A stretch of 64,000 bases of DNA. Origin: Okamejei kenojei (Eukaryota). Position numbers and translations under genes: made by a program. The notes under the pieces were generated by a model, which saw nothing but the letters and a program-made list of their open reading frames with translations, was not told the DNA's origin and did no database searches. The DNA is taken from positions 17,608,001-17,672,000 of the forward strand of contig CM069141.1 in the NCBI GenBank assembly GCA_035221665.1, read 5' to 3'. This document shows positions 50,674 to 63,208 of this stretch, piece after piece (the first letter of the stretch is position 1; each line of letters begins with the position of its first letter).

Positions 50674-51398
50674 AGCAATGTTATAAAATTTTGAGATTTT
50701 AAAAATTAAGTCTGCAATTTATCCCATCAGATAAAGCATACAAAGAAGTTTAATTTGACACCTAATTCACTTTCATATCTTCAGTATTAAAAAAGTTATG
50801 GCCATTTTCATACTCGGAAATTAGCATCTTGTTCCCTATTGCTTTTCCATTGACTTAACACAAAAGTTGTGATCGAGGACAGTCAAAAGCCCATAACTTT
50901 CTTAAAAATTAAGAGAACTGAAAGAAATTTTCAGTTATTATAATTGAAGCATTCTGAAACTAATAAGAAACAATCTTACTTGGATGACCTGAAATTAAAG
51001 CATATAATTAGTTAGTTACCCAATTGTAGCTAATTACAAAATTCAATGACTAGATCTAAACATCTATCCATTTCTTAAGAAAATATTAACATTTTTTTTA
51101 AAGCCCGTGCCCAAATAACATTCTCACAAGAATTCACAATATAACATGATTTTTAAATCTCATTGTTATGAAATTATAGGCCAAATTGAAGGAATTTAGT
51201 GTTTAATGCCCATAAATTAATGGGCATTTTAAACAGCTTGCGAGTGGGATTTTCTGGAACGCGATGTATTGGAACGTTGCGGTTGCGGTGAATTTAAACC
51301 CAATATCGGCAGGAAAAACACTGCTGGTTCATATGGGGGATACATCACCGTTTCGCAACATGAAATATTGATTAAAGTCATCTAAACAAACAAGTTTA

Positions 51399-52982
51399 CA
51401 GTGGCTTGCAAAAGTATTCATACCCCTTGAACTTTTCCACATTTTGTCAGTTTACAACCACAAACGTAAATGTATTTTATTGAGATTTTATGTAATAGAC
51501 CAACACAAAGTGGCGCATAATTGTGAAGTGGAAGGAAAATGATACATGGTTTTCAAATTTGATTACAAATAAAAAACTGAAAAGTGTGGCGTGCAAAAGT
51601 ATTCAGCCCCCTTTACTCTGATACCCCTAAATAAAATCCTTTCAATTGCCTTCAGAAGTCACCTAATTAGTAAATAGAGTCCCCTTGTGTGTAATCTAAT
51701 CTCAGTATAAATATAGCTGCTCTGTGAAGGACTCAGAGGTTCGTTAGAGAACATTGGTGAACAAACAGCATCATGAAACCCAAGAAACACACCAGACAGG
51801 TCAGGGATAAAGGTGTGGAGAAGTTTAAAGCAGGTTTAGATTATAAACAAATATCCCAAGCTTTGAACATCTCACGGGGCACTGTTCAATCCATCATCCG
51901 AAAATGGAAAGAGTATGGCACAACTGCAAAACCTACCAAGACATGGCCGTTCACCTAAACTGACAGGCCGGGCAAGGAGAGCATTGATCAGAGAAGCAGC
52001 CATGAGGCCCATGTTAACTCTGCAGGAGCTGCAGAGATCCACAGCTCAGGTGGGAGAATCTGTCCACAGGACAACTATTAGTCGTGCACTCCACAAATCG
52101 GGTCTTTATGGAAGAGTGGCAAGAAGAAGTCCCATTTGCAATTTGCCACAAGCCATTTGGGGGACACAGCAAACATGTGGAGGAAGGTGCTCTGGTCTGA
52201 TGAGACCAAAATTGAAGTTATTAGCCTAAATGCAAAATGCTATGTGTATCGGAAAAACTAACACTGCACATCACCCTGAACACACCGTCCCCACTGTGAA
52301 ACATGGTGGTGGCAGCATCATGCTGTGGGGATGCTTTTCTTCAGCAGGGATAGGGAAGCTGGTCAGAGTTGATGGGAAGATGGATGGAGCCACATACAGG
52401 GCAATCTTGAAAGAAAACCTGTTAGAGTCTGCAAAAGACTTGAGACTGGGGCAGAGGTTCACCTTCCAGCAGGACAATGACCCTAAACATACAGCCAGAG
52501 CTACAATGGAATGGTTTAGATCAAAGCATATTCATGTGTTAGAATGGCCCAGTCAAAGTCCAGACCTAAATCCAATTGAGAATCTCTGGCAAGACTTGAA
52601 AATTGCTGTTCACAGATGCTCTCCATCCAATCTGACTGAGCTTGTGCTATTTTGCAAAGAAGAATGGACAACAATTTCAGTCTTTAGATGTGCAAAGCTG
52701 GTAGACATACCCCAAAAGACTTGCAGCTGTAATTGCAGCGAAAGGTGGTTCTACAAAGTATTGACTCAGGGGGGCTGAATACTTTTGCACGCCACACTTT
52801 TCAGTTTTTTATTTGTAATAAAATTTGGAAACTATGAATCATATTCCATCCACTTCACAATTATGCACCACTTTGTGTTGGTCTATCACATAAAATCTCA
52901 ATAAAATATATTTACGTTTGTGATTGTAATGTGACAAAATGTGCTAAAGTTCAAGGGGTATGAATACTTTTGCAAGCCACTG
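51399..52982 (+). mobile_element. Full-length Tc1 element of IR/DR type
   Basis: TA at 51397-98 and 52983-84; about 210-bp TIRs cagtggcttgcaaaagtattca with an inner direct repeat (gtgcaaaagtattcagcccc). Confidence 0.95.
51773..52764 (+). pseudogene. Tc1 DD34E transposase, frameshifted
   Basis: HTH (ISQALNISRGTVQSII), WSDETK, VKHGGGSIMLWGCF, FQQDNDPKH, SPDLNPIENLW spread over several frames. Confidence 0.92.
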
Positions 52983-53447
52983 TATATGAAAAAATAAACA
53001 GCTTTCACTTAACCTGTCCCCTACGTAAAATCCGTCCCCGTTGTCGGCGTTCACGGCAATAGGAGCTAATTTTTATTTTACTGCAGCGCAGAAATAGTCG
53101 GGCGATTAAAAAATTAACTTACCGGCAGTCAGAACGAATCTCCAGAAATAGCTCGCACTCCGAGAAAATATAATTTCGGTGGCAAGGGAAAAACCGCATT
53201 TTAACCCCGCCACCCCCCTTAAAGGCGCCAAAGTCGCGCACATGGCCAGTGACAGAACTGCAGCACCGCTAAAGGTAAGTTTTGTAACATACCTAGGTAA
53301 GGCAGCCAAAACAATGCACAATATTCCAGATGAAGCCTCACCAGCACCCTGTGCAATTGCAACAAAACCTCTTTACTTTAAATTCCAACTTCTTTGCAAT
53401 GAAGGTCAAAACGCTGTTTGGCATCTTAGTTAATTGTTGTATCTATC

Positions 53448-53705
53448 TTTAGTTTAGTTATACAGCATGGAAACTGGCCCTTCAGCCCACCGAGTCTGTG
53501 CCAACCAGTAATCACCCCTTCACTAATTCCATCCTGCACACTAGGGACAATTTACAAAAGCCAATTAACCTACAGACCTGCATGTCTTTGAAACAGGAGC
53601 ACATGGGAATAAAAACACGTGCTCACAGGGAGAACTGTACAAACTCTGTACCTGGATTGAACCTGGCTCTCTGATGCTGTAAGGCAGCAACTCTACCTTT
53701 GCGCA
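53448..53705 (-). mobile_element. HE1-like SINE, degenerate
   Basis: tttagtttagttatacagcatggaaactggccc...gtaaggcagcaactctacc. Confidence 0.8.
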
Positions 53706-54014
53706 TTTGCAGTCTCTCTCTGCCTTTTGATTCCCTTAGTAATGTGCTTGACATTGCATTTCATCAAATGTCTTGAGTTACATCCTTCTAGTTTGAAAAG
53801 GATCCATTTATTCCAATCCTCTGCTTTCTAAGAAACAGCCAGTTTTTCATCCACACTAACACATGGCCTCTGATACCACGTGTTTATAATGTATGCAGTG
53901 GGAATGGGTGAGGGGAATAAACCAAATACGAGGAGTAATCTGTTAATCGATGCACCGATTACAAAGTACTACAAGGGAATGTTAACGAAGAGGAATATAC
54001 AAAAGGTAGAGGAA

Positions 54015-54323
54015 GTTTAGTTTAGTTTAGAGAAAAAGCGCGGAAACAGGCCCTATGGCCCACCGAGTCCGCACCGACCAGCGATCCCCTCACATTAACA
54101 CAACCCTACACACACTATGGACAATTTACACTTATACCAAGCCAATTTACCTACATACAGTACCTGTACGTCTTTGGAGTGTGGGAGGAAACCGAAGATC
54201 TCGGAGAAAACCCACGCAGGTCATGGGGAGATCGTACAAATTCCGTACAGACAAGCAACCGTAGTCGGGATCAAACCTGGGTCTCCGGTGCTGCAAGCGC
54301 CGTAAGGCAGCGACTCTATCGCT
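54015..54323 (-). mobile_element. HE1-like V-SINE
   Basis: Collinear with 2012-2328. Confidence 0.85.
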
Positions 54324-54516
54324 TATTCCCATACTCGAGTGAGTTTCTAGTCCCGTGACGTGGACACTTCTGCTATGGGGCCACGACCATACTCAATGAC
54401 AGAATAAAGCTCAATAAAGCTTCAAAACCTATCCTATCATTCTCTAATGCCACCATCAGACCTGCGGAATGGACATCACTTTAGCAATCTTACAACCTGC
54501 GTTCAGATTATACGTG

Positions 54517-54828
54517 TTAAAGAAGGAACTGCAGATGCTGGAGAATCGAGGGTACACAAAAGGCTGGAGAAACTCAGCGGGTGCAGCAGCATCTAAGGAG
54601 CGAAGGAGATAGGCGAAGTTTCGGGTCGAGACCCTTTTTCAGACTGGTCAGGGATCAGAGAAACGAGAGATTTTGACGGTGATGTGGAGAGATAAAGAAC
54701 AATGAATGAAAGATATGCAAAAAAGTATCGATGATAAAGGGAACAAGCCATTGTAAGCTGTTTGTGGTGTGAAAATGAGAAGCTGGTGCGACTAGGCTGG
54801 GGGAGGGAGATAGAGAGAGAGGGAATGG
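54517..54828 (-). mobile_element. Penelope 3' fragment with terminal repeat
   Basis: 11-bp TSD gattatacgtg at 54506-54516 and 54829-54839. Confidence 0.88.
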
Positions 54829-54973
54829 GATTATACGTGACCTTCTGGAATTTTAAACCCTTACATTAAATTGAACATGTAATTGCAGAATTTTAAACTG
54901 GTGCTGATATCTATCCCTGCGTGTGCTCTGCATGTAGATATATATGCAGAATCTATATTCAGATATATAGAAT

Positions 54974-55093
54974 GTGTAGGAACTGCAGTACACCGAAGAT
55001 AGATAGAAAATTGCTGGAGTAACTCAGCGGGACAGGCAGCATCTCTGGATAGAAGGAATGGGCGATGTTTCGGGTCGAGACCCTTCTTCAGAC
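54974..55093 (-). mobile_element. Short Penelope-derived hammerhead element
   Basis: Core CTGAAGAAGGGTCTCGACCCGAAACATC at 55064-55091(-). Confidence 0.8.
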
Positions 55094-56616
55094 TATCTTC
55101 AGAGAGATGTCTAGATCTCTAGATGGATGGATCTATAGATAGAACGATATATATATAGATGTAGATATATCTATATAAATAGATATCTATCCAGAGGTTG
55201 GATGCAGGAGCTGTGATTTTTCAGCTGGGCATTTTGAGCTGCACGGTCGGGCTTGTTATCTGCAGTTCCTTCTTTAACACTTTGTTAACATCCGAGTCAG
55301 CAGGTGATCTCCACTGCAACACTTGAGTGCCACCCACTGTTCACATGAGGTATTTAGTCCCATGGCCAGGATTTCTAATGTTACATCAATATTCAATTCC
55401 CTTTCACTTTTTCTGGATCCTGGTTCTGAACTATAAATCAACTCGTCTCAGCAAAGGTTCCATCTGAAACCATGAATTCGATGATCTCTGATTACGTTTT
55501 GAAAGTGATAGTCATGACATCCTTATCAATTCTGCAGTATGATATTGTAGACTTCCGAGTTAAACCAGGACTGCTGGCTGAATTGATAAAGCAGATAATT
55601 ACCTTTGTAAAGATGTGTACGAGCTTTGACACATTTGTAACTTAATTCTTCAAAAACACTGGGTTTCTCAAACATTAAGTATCAGATGTACACTTTTGAA
55701 AAGGTGCGCCTTTTTCATAATTCTTGCTTTTTATGACATCGTATATGTTATATGAAGGCTACAGAGCATTATGTAGCATGATGCCGTTTGTGAAATATTG
55801 CTGATTGCAAAGCTGGCTACTCAGCTGTTTTCAGAAGATGAATTTCAGGAGCTTTGATTATTTGGAACGGTTTCAATGAGCCTTGTAGCAGTTGCCAAAC
55901 CATAAAAAAATGATTTACATTCCACTGATCATATCACGGACAAATAAATTCCCAGTGTCCATTACTCTTTCCATTCTCCAAAACAGTGTGTTTGTCTTGT
56001 TTGCTGCGCAGTCTGTTTTAGCCACATACTAGATGCGTAGCAAGGTCAGTGTCCCACTGCTGATTTATTTACTGCCAAAGTGAGGTGTAGAACCATTCTA
56101 ACATAACGATTTGCTCAGCATTCAGAATATTTGAAGCCTTATTTCCAAAGAGATAGTATAAATCAAAGTGAATTTCCTTTGTAAAGTAGTAGCTATGCAT
56201 CCATCCAGTAATACTCAAACTGTTATCAGTAAGGTTATGTGTCCATTGACGACTGTAAATCAGTTCTAACCACAGACTGTTCGCCCTCTGCAGTTTATGG
56301 ACAGAAGGAACACATTTGAAGAGTAATGCCAACATGAAGATGGTAATTTTGATTCAATTAATGATTCCAGTTTAATAGAAAATTGGATAACTTTTTGTGT
56401 GATGTGAACTGTCGCAGTCACATGCAATAAATTAGAATGGCAATCATTAAAGCATCTTATTAATAAAATGGGGACTACAACACCTTGGTAATTAAGTTAT
56501 TGTAAATCTCTTGATCAGGTAGCTATGGAAATTTCTTCCAGGTTTATTTGGATAATTGTAAGATGATGGATCCTGTAGATCATTAATTTAACCTCAGCCA
56601 GTCATCAGATGCTATA

Positions 56617-57984
56617 ATAGACACAAAAAGCTGGAGTAACTCAGCGGGAGAGGCAGCATCTTTGGAGAGAAGGAATGGGTGACATTTCGGCTCGAGACCC
56701 TTCTTCAGACTGGTTAGGGATAAGGGAAAAGAGATATAGACGGTGGTGTGTTGAGATAAAGAACAATGAATGAAAGATATGCAATAAAAGTAACGATGAT
56801 AAAGGAAACAGGCCATTGTTAGCTGTTAGTAGATACCAGAGCTTTGGTTAGTAGGGTGTAAATGAGAAGCTAGTGCGACATGGCTGGACATAAAAGTCTC
56901 CCGGTTCCTGGACACTAATTCTCCTTCCCATTCATTCCTACACAGAGCTTTCTGTCCTCGGTCTCCTCTATTGTCAGAGTGAGGCTAAATACAAATTGGA
57001 GGAACAACATCTCATATTTTGCTTGGGCAGCTAATAGCCGAGTGGTATGAATATTGATTTCTCTCACTTCAGGTAGCCTCGCTGAGCCGCCGAACCGGGG
57101 GGGGGAGGGCTGCAGCCCCTCCACTTTTTTGGCGAGACATGCTTCATAACCTGAAATTTTCCGGCCCGCATTTTTCTCTTCGTCTGAGGACCTCCGACAT
57201 CCAGAATCTCAGAACAAGCGCACAGTGAGCGCGGCAAAACCAGGATCTTTGGGAAAAACCACGACCGGCCGTGGCGGAAACCGACTGCCCCCCCAAAACC
57301 CTCCCTCCCCTCCTCCGCTCAACAATCACAGCGCAGTGATTAGCTGCCGAGCGGAAGAGAGGGAGGGCAGAGAGCGAGAGTCCACCCCGAGAGAGAGAGG
57401 GAATTGGCCCCGAGAGAGAGAGTCAGCCCCGAGAGGGAGGGAGAGAGAGAGTCGGCCCAGAGAGAGAGGGGGGAGGGGATGGGGGATATATCCCCCCACG
57501 TTTTGAGTTGGGGGATGGCCTGTATTATCCCCCAGTGTTTGGAGGTCGAGCAACAACAAAAAATAATTGTGCCATCCACCAACACCATCCCCCCCGCTCG
57601 GTCGCTCCGCTCGCTCAATGGGTACCGCCAAGGCCGGTGATCAGTGGTCGCTCAGTCCCGCCCCACTTTCAAAAACGTTCTGCAACCCCTGGCCCTGACA
57701 TTTCCTTTCTCTCTATCCCTCCCCCACCCAAGTTGCACTAGCTTCTCATTTTCACCCTACAAACAGCCTGTTTCTTTTATCATTGTTACTTTTTTGCATC
57801 TTTCATTCATTGGTCTTTATCTCTCCACATCACCGTCTATATCTCTAGTTTCCCTTATTATCCCTAACCAGTCTGAAGAAGGGTCTCGACCTGAAACGTC
57901 TCCAGAGATGCTGCCTGTCCCAATGAAGCACTCCAGCTTTTTGTGTCTATCTTCGGTTTAAATAGCATCTGCAGTTTCCTTACA
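56617..57984 (+). mobile_element. Penelope insertion: inverted 5' terminal repeat, GIY-YIG C-terminus and 3' terminal repeat
   Basis: 14-bp TSD catcagatgctata at 56603-56616 and 57985-57998; LSVLGLLYCQSEAKYKLEEQHLIFCLG; cores at 56681-56708(-) and 57873-57900(+). Confidence 0.88.
57079..57691. mobile_element. GC-rich putative non-autonomous DNA element nested in the Penelope
   Basis: Interrupts the Penelope 3' region; ends ...ctgcaacccctg; only one clear terminus. Confidence 0.5.
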
Positions 57985-58116
57985 CATCAGATGCTATATT
58001 TTTTTTGGCTACGTGAAGGCAGTGATAACCTAGGAAATCACTCAATAAATATTTTGGACGGTTCGAGGCATTCAACAACACACCTGCGAGAAAAGGTATT
58101 CCTCACTATGATGAAC

Positions 58117-59433
58117 ACACACTCAGTCTTGATACAGTGGATGTCCGGAGGACCCTAAAAGGAGTGAACACATGGAAGGTGGCAGGCCCTGATAACATAC
58201 CAGGTCGGGTACTCAGGGAATGTGCTGATCAGCTGGCACATGTCCTTACTGACATCTTCAACACCTCGCTGAACCAGGCTGACTGCCACCATCATACCAG
58301 TGCCAAAAAAACCGCAATAACATGTCTCAACGATTACCGCCCTGTAGCACTCACTCCCATAATGATGAAGTGCTTCGAGAGGCTGGTCAGGGACCATATT
58401 ACCTCCAGACTCCCCTCCACAGTTGACCCATCCCAGTTTGCTTACAGGCCAAACCGCTCCACAGAGGACGCCATATCCTCCGTACTCCACCTGAGCCTGG
58501 CACATCTAGAGGAGCAGGACACACATGTGCGAATGCTGTTCGTGGACTTTAGTTCAGCGTTCAATACAATCATCCCTCAGCACTTGGTAAGCAAATTGGG
58601 TTCATTGGGCCTCAGCACTCCCTTATGTAACTGGTTACTGGACTTCCTCACTGACAGACCCCAGTCAGTGCGGGCTGGAAACAACACCTCCAACATCATC
58701 TCTCTGAGCACCGGCTCCCCTCAGGGCTGCGTCCCAAGTCCACTGCTGTTTACCCTGATGACCCACGATTGTTGTGCCAGGTTTAGTACAAACCACATCA
58801 TGAAGTACGCAGATGACACAACAGTGCTGGGCCTTATTCGGGACGACAATGAACTGGCTTACAGGGAGGTGGAACAACTGGTGGACTGGTGCAACACGGA
58901 CAATCTGTTCCTGAATGTTGACAAAACAAAGGAGGTCATCATTGACTTAAGGAGAAACCGGCAGTCATACACCACTGCACATTAATGACATTGATGTGGA
59001 GTTGGTCAGTAGCATCTCTGTCTGGTTTGGGGACTGCAAAGCCTCCGACTGGTAGTCCGTGCAGAGAGTGGTGGGGACGACTGAAAAAATCATCGGGACT
59101 TCTCTTCCTTCAATCCGGGACATTGCTTGCAAACGTTGCTTGTCCAAGGCCAACAGCATTATAAAAGACCCCACACATCTCCATCACAGACTGTTCACTC
59201 TGCTGCCCTCGGGCAAAAGATATCGCAGTATAAGGATCAGAACGACCAGGTTTTGCAACAGCTTCTTCCCCCGAGCCATCAAGACTCTTGATATAATGTA
59301 CCGCCACTATTATCTATTTTATCCCTTTGTTATTTTATGTTGCACGGTGAGCCAGATGCAACGGAATTTTGTTCGGATTTGCATTTGTTGGTGTATTTTT
59401 GAATGACAATAAAGTCTTTGATTGATTGATTGA
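58117..59433 (+). mobile_element. 5'-truncated Rex1/Babar-like LINE
   Basis: [52 protein letters not shown]; tail tgacaataaa..(ttga)n. Confidence 0.88.
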
Positions 59434-60499
59434 AATGTGTGACTGAATTTAATTTTAATTGGAGCTTAGCTCTCTTCATTAAGTCTTGAATTAGCTAAAA
59501 GCAGAGAGCCGACAAAATTGTGGCGTGATATGACAGCTGCCAAATGCCATTTTTTTTCTTCCACAAATAAATATAAGAAAATGGATGCACCCTAACAAAT
59601 CGGAGTCGATAATTCTTCCAACTACCTAATTTTCAAGTATTAAATCTTTTCAGTCCCTCTCCAAACACTATTCTTCATTCACAAATGCAATATTTTAAAG
59701 CAGTTTTCATCATATCCCACACAGCTTAAACTGCAAATGGAGGGGCTTTTTATTTCCATCATCTTTAAATCAATTATTTAAATCAATCAAAATATTTTCA
59801 GTTGACTTCTACATAAACCTGTGGAATATCAGATCTCTTAATTATACTACTGGATGCTGTGCTGCTCTATGTTTTATGTTCTATGAACTCTCTGAAACAT
59901 GTTTTGGAAGTCAGTGCCTATTAGAATACCACCTGAGATCTGAGGAAAATTTAAATTCTGTAAAATATGTTTGTTGCTCCTAGATTTACATGATTTCTCA
60001 AGGCATTTTGGACTCTATTGGTGTTTGTTAACATCAGTGGGCACTTTTAGAATTGCTGGCAAGGCATTTTAGTAGGTTGCTGAAATTTTAAATGAGTGCC
60101 TATGCTGAAGACAGAAAGTGGATTCTACTTTTCAACAACTTCTTTCGAGGAACAATTGGCAGCATTGCTCACTATTTTGCATATCCATACAGAAATCACA
60201 ACAGCAAAGCCCTTGATATCACTGGGATATCAGAATGATTCCTGATATTTAATTGGAAACCAAAAGCTGAAAATCGCTTCCACCATTTAATTTATTCAAT
60301 ATCACCTCATCTAAATTAGCACTGGTTGTTTGAAATCTTACAATAGTGTATTTGAAAATAAAAGTGTGTCCAAAACATATCCTAGCATTTGGCAAACGTT
60401 ACCAGTATTCAGCCTTGATATTGCTATGGTGAAATTTGTGTTTTCCACACAAGGAATTTAAGGACTTATCTTTTGAGAGTCATCATACAATCTGGAAGC

Positions 60500-60990
60500 A
60501 GAAAAAAAAATTGCAGATACTGGAAATCTGAAACAAAAAAACTGCTGGAAATATTCAGCGTGTCAGTCATCAACCAGGGAAGGAGAACGGGGTTGATATT
60601 TGGGGTCAATGATTTTCCAACAGAACTAGAAAAATAAATAATCATGTTTTAAATTGCAGGGAAGATAGAAGAGGAGAGGGGTGGGAATACAAATGTATCT
60701 GAGATGGCTGGAGACCAAGAGAGATTGATGGTGCTGTTAGCTGAGAGAAAGTGGCAAAGACTTGTTAACTATAAATGATCCCATGTGAAGCGATGTAAAT
60801 CATTAAGCAAGGAAGAGAAAGAGAGCGCGAGAGCGAGAGAGGGCGAGAGAGAGAGCATTGGTGGAACTGCAACATACAATACACTGCATATGCTCAAACT
60901 ATGAAATAAAAGAGAATGCTTGAAATACTCGGCAGGTCAGGCAGAATCTGTGGAGAGAAAAATAAAGTTAACATTATAGGTTCTGACCTT
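60500..60990 (-). mobile_element. Ancient Penelope terminal-repeat remnants
   Basis: ttgcagatactggaaatctg..., aaatactcggcaggtcaggcagaatctgtggag. Confidence 0.55.
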
Positions 60991-61744
60991 ACATCAGAAT
61001 TAGCCATTTCTGACTGAAACTGGAATGGGCTATTTTAAGTAGCTGATTTCAATTGTGAGTTATGGATACTTTGTCCAGGTAGAAGGTGGAGTGAAAATGG
61101 CCAATTTATCTGCAGCCACAATTACATGGAGATAACACTAATGGAATCAAGGGTTTTGGAGAAAAGGCAAATACATGTGGTTAGGTCACAGACCAGCCAT
61201 GAATAGATGTAGTAAAAAACTTTTTTTTTCAGATGAATGTTGAGATGTTTGAAATTAAATGGCAGAAAAAGTAATGAGCAAGCAAATTTATTTCAGGAAT
61301 ATGCATGATACAGATTTCTTTTGGACTTTGGCTATACTCCATCACTCATCGATATGTATCCCCGAAGGAAATGCTCTTAGTTACTGCATTATAAATCTTG
61401 TTCAGCCAGATGTTGCTTTACAGTTTCACTTTTAAATATAGGCTTTACATGACCCTTGGGAGAGAAGAAAGTGAATTCATTTTCTGCTGCTGTAAACTGA
61501 ATTATCCTGTAGGAAGCAAATGAGCATTTATCCGTATTCAAGCTAAGGTTCATTGCTTTTCTACAAAATGGTTGAAGTAATTAATAAATAATCCCGGTAA
61601 TAAAGTTTTATATCATGCCATCTCTGCAGAAATGTACTAGAAAAGTTTAGTCTGGAACAAAGAAATCAATCGTCCCTATCCTGTACAGTACCTGACATGA
61701 AAATCTAGTAACTTGTTTTACTCTGGTGCGCAAGTCATTTCAGG

Positions 61745-62529
61745 CATGGGCGGAAATCCTGGGGGGGGGGGGGGGGAAGAGATAGGGACAGAGGCACAGG
61801 GATAGGGGCACAGGGGGACACACCCCCTCCATGTTTTGAGAGGTGGGAGACAATTCCCCCCCCCCCATGTTTTGTAATCCGGATTTTGAAAATCGGTGAA
61901 CATAAATCTATTAAAAATCTCCGGTTTCCGTGAGACAGTGGGGGTGGGACTGACGATCGACGGCGCCGATTTGGTGAGAGACGTCGGTCAGCAGGCAATG
62001 GGGGGGGGCGGGACATGATGATTCAGTGCGATGATTGGAGGAGGGAGGTGTCGGTCAGAGGCGGAAGGGGAGTGGGACTGAGGATAGAGCGTGGTGATTG
62101 GAGGAGGGAGACGTCCTGTTGGAGCAAAGATCATATAGCAGAGTTTGAATCGGTCCTTTCGCGGGGCCTTTCATCGCCCGGCGCAGCGTAGCTTAAAATC
62201 GGCCGCGGGATCTTCCACTGCCCCACGGTCAGGCGATCGAGGCTCCCGATGTTGAAGCCCCTGCCGGGTGATGGAAGAACCCGTGGCCGATTTAAGCCCA
62301 CACCAGGCGATGAAAACCCGCGAACGGGCCGATTCAAGCCCCACGATTCGGGGCAGACGAAGCTGCTGTTGCTGGAGTTTGGAGTCGGTCACCAACCAGG
62401 TCAGCTCCCGATGTTACCATCCACAGAGCTTAGCCGTGTGTGTGCGCGAGTGTGTGTGTGCGTGCGCATGTGGCCACCAATAGATTGTGCCCCCGCCCGC
62501 CCATGTTTTGATAGCGATTTCCGCACTTG
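61745..62529. mobile_element. hAT-type non-autonomous element
   Basis: TIRs catgggcggaaatc and gatttccgcacttg; perfect 8-bp TSD atttcagg at 61737-61744 and 62530-62537. Confidence 0.88.
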
Positions 62530-62717
62530 ATTTCAGGTGAATCCTGTTGGCTCCTCCGTTCATATAAAAATGGGTAAAGCCTCCTTTGTACCGCAGATAT
62601 GTAGAGCAGATCTTGGATGTCACAATAATTATCAAGACAAAGTGATTATTAGAACCAGATTAGAGCATTATAGTTACCATCATCTATTTTGTCAACAAAA
62701 TAGAGAGAGTACAGAGG

Positions 62718-63208
62718 AGATTTACTAGAATGTTGCCAGGGTTGCAGCAACTCTGTTACAGAGAAAGGTTGAACAAGTTAGGTCTTTATTCTTTGGAGCG
62801 CAGAAGGTTAAGGGGGGACTTGATTGAGGTCTTTAAAATGATGAAAGGGATAGACAGAGTTGACGTGGATACGTTTTTCCCATTGAGGGTAGGGAAGATT
62901 CAAACAAGAGGGCATGACATGAGAATTAAGGGACAGAAGTTTAGGGGTAACGTGAGGGGGAACTTCTTTACTCAGAGGGTGGTGGCTGTGTGGAATGAGC
63001 TTCCAGCAGAAGTGGTGGAGGCAGGATCGATTTTAACATTTAAAAGTAAAGTGGATAGGTATATGGACGTGAAGGGAATGGAGGGGTATGGAGGGAATGG
63101 AGCAGGTAGATGGGACTAGGGGAAAACAAATGGTCGGCACGGACTGGAAGGGCCGAGAGGGCCTGTTTCCGTGCTGTAATTGTTATATGGTTATAGGGTT
63201 ATATGGTT
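62718..63208 (+). mobile_element. CR1 3' end
   Basis: ORF 62730-63119 LGLYSLERRRLRGDLIEVFK...FFTQRVVAVWNELP; tail (gttatatg)n. Confidence 0.9.

Larger units (their letters stand above)
50674..53294. mobile_element. Unclassified DNA transposon, copy 2, carrying a Tc1 insertion
   Basis: Termini agcaatgttataa and ttgtaacatacct; collinear with copy 1. Confidence 0.85.
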
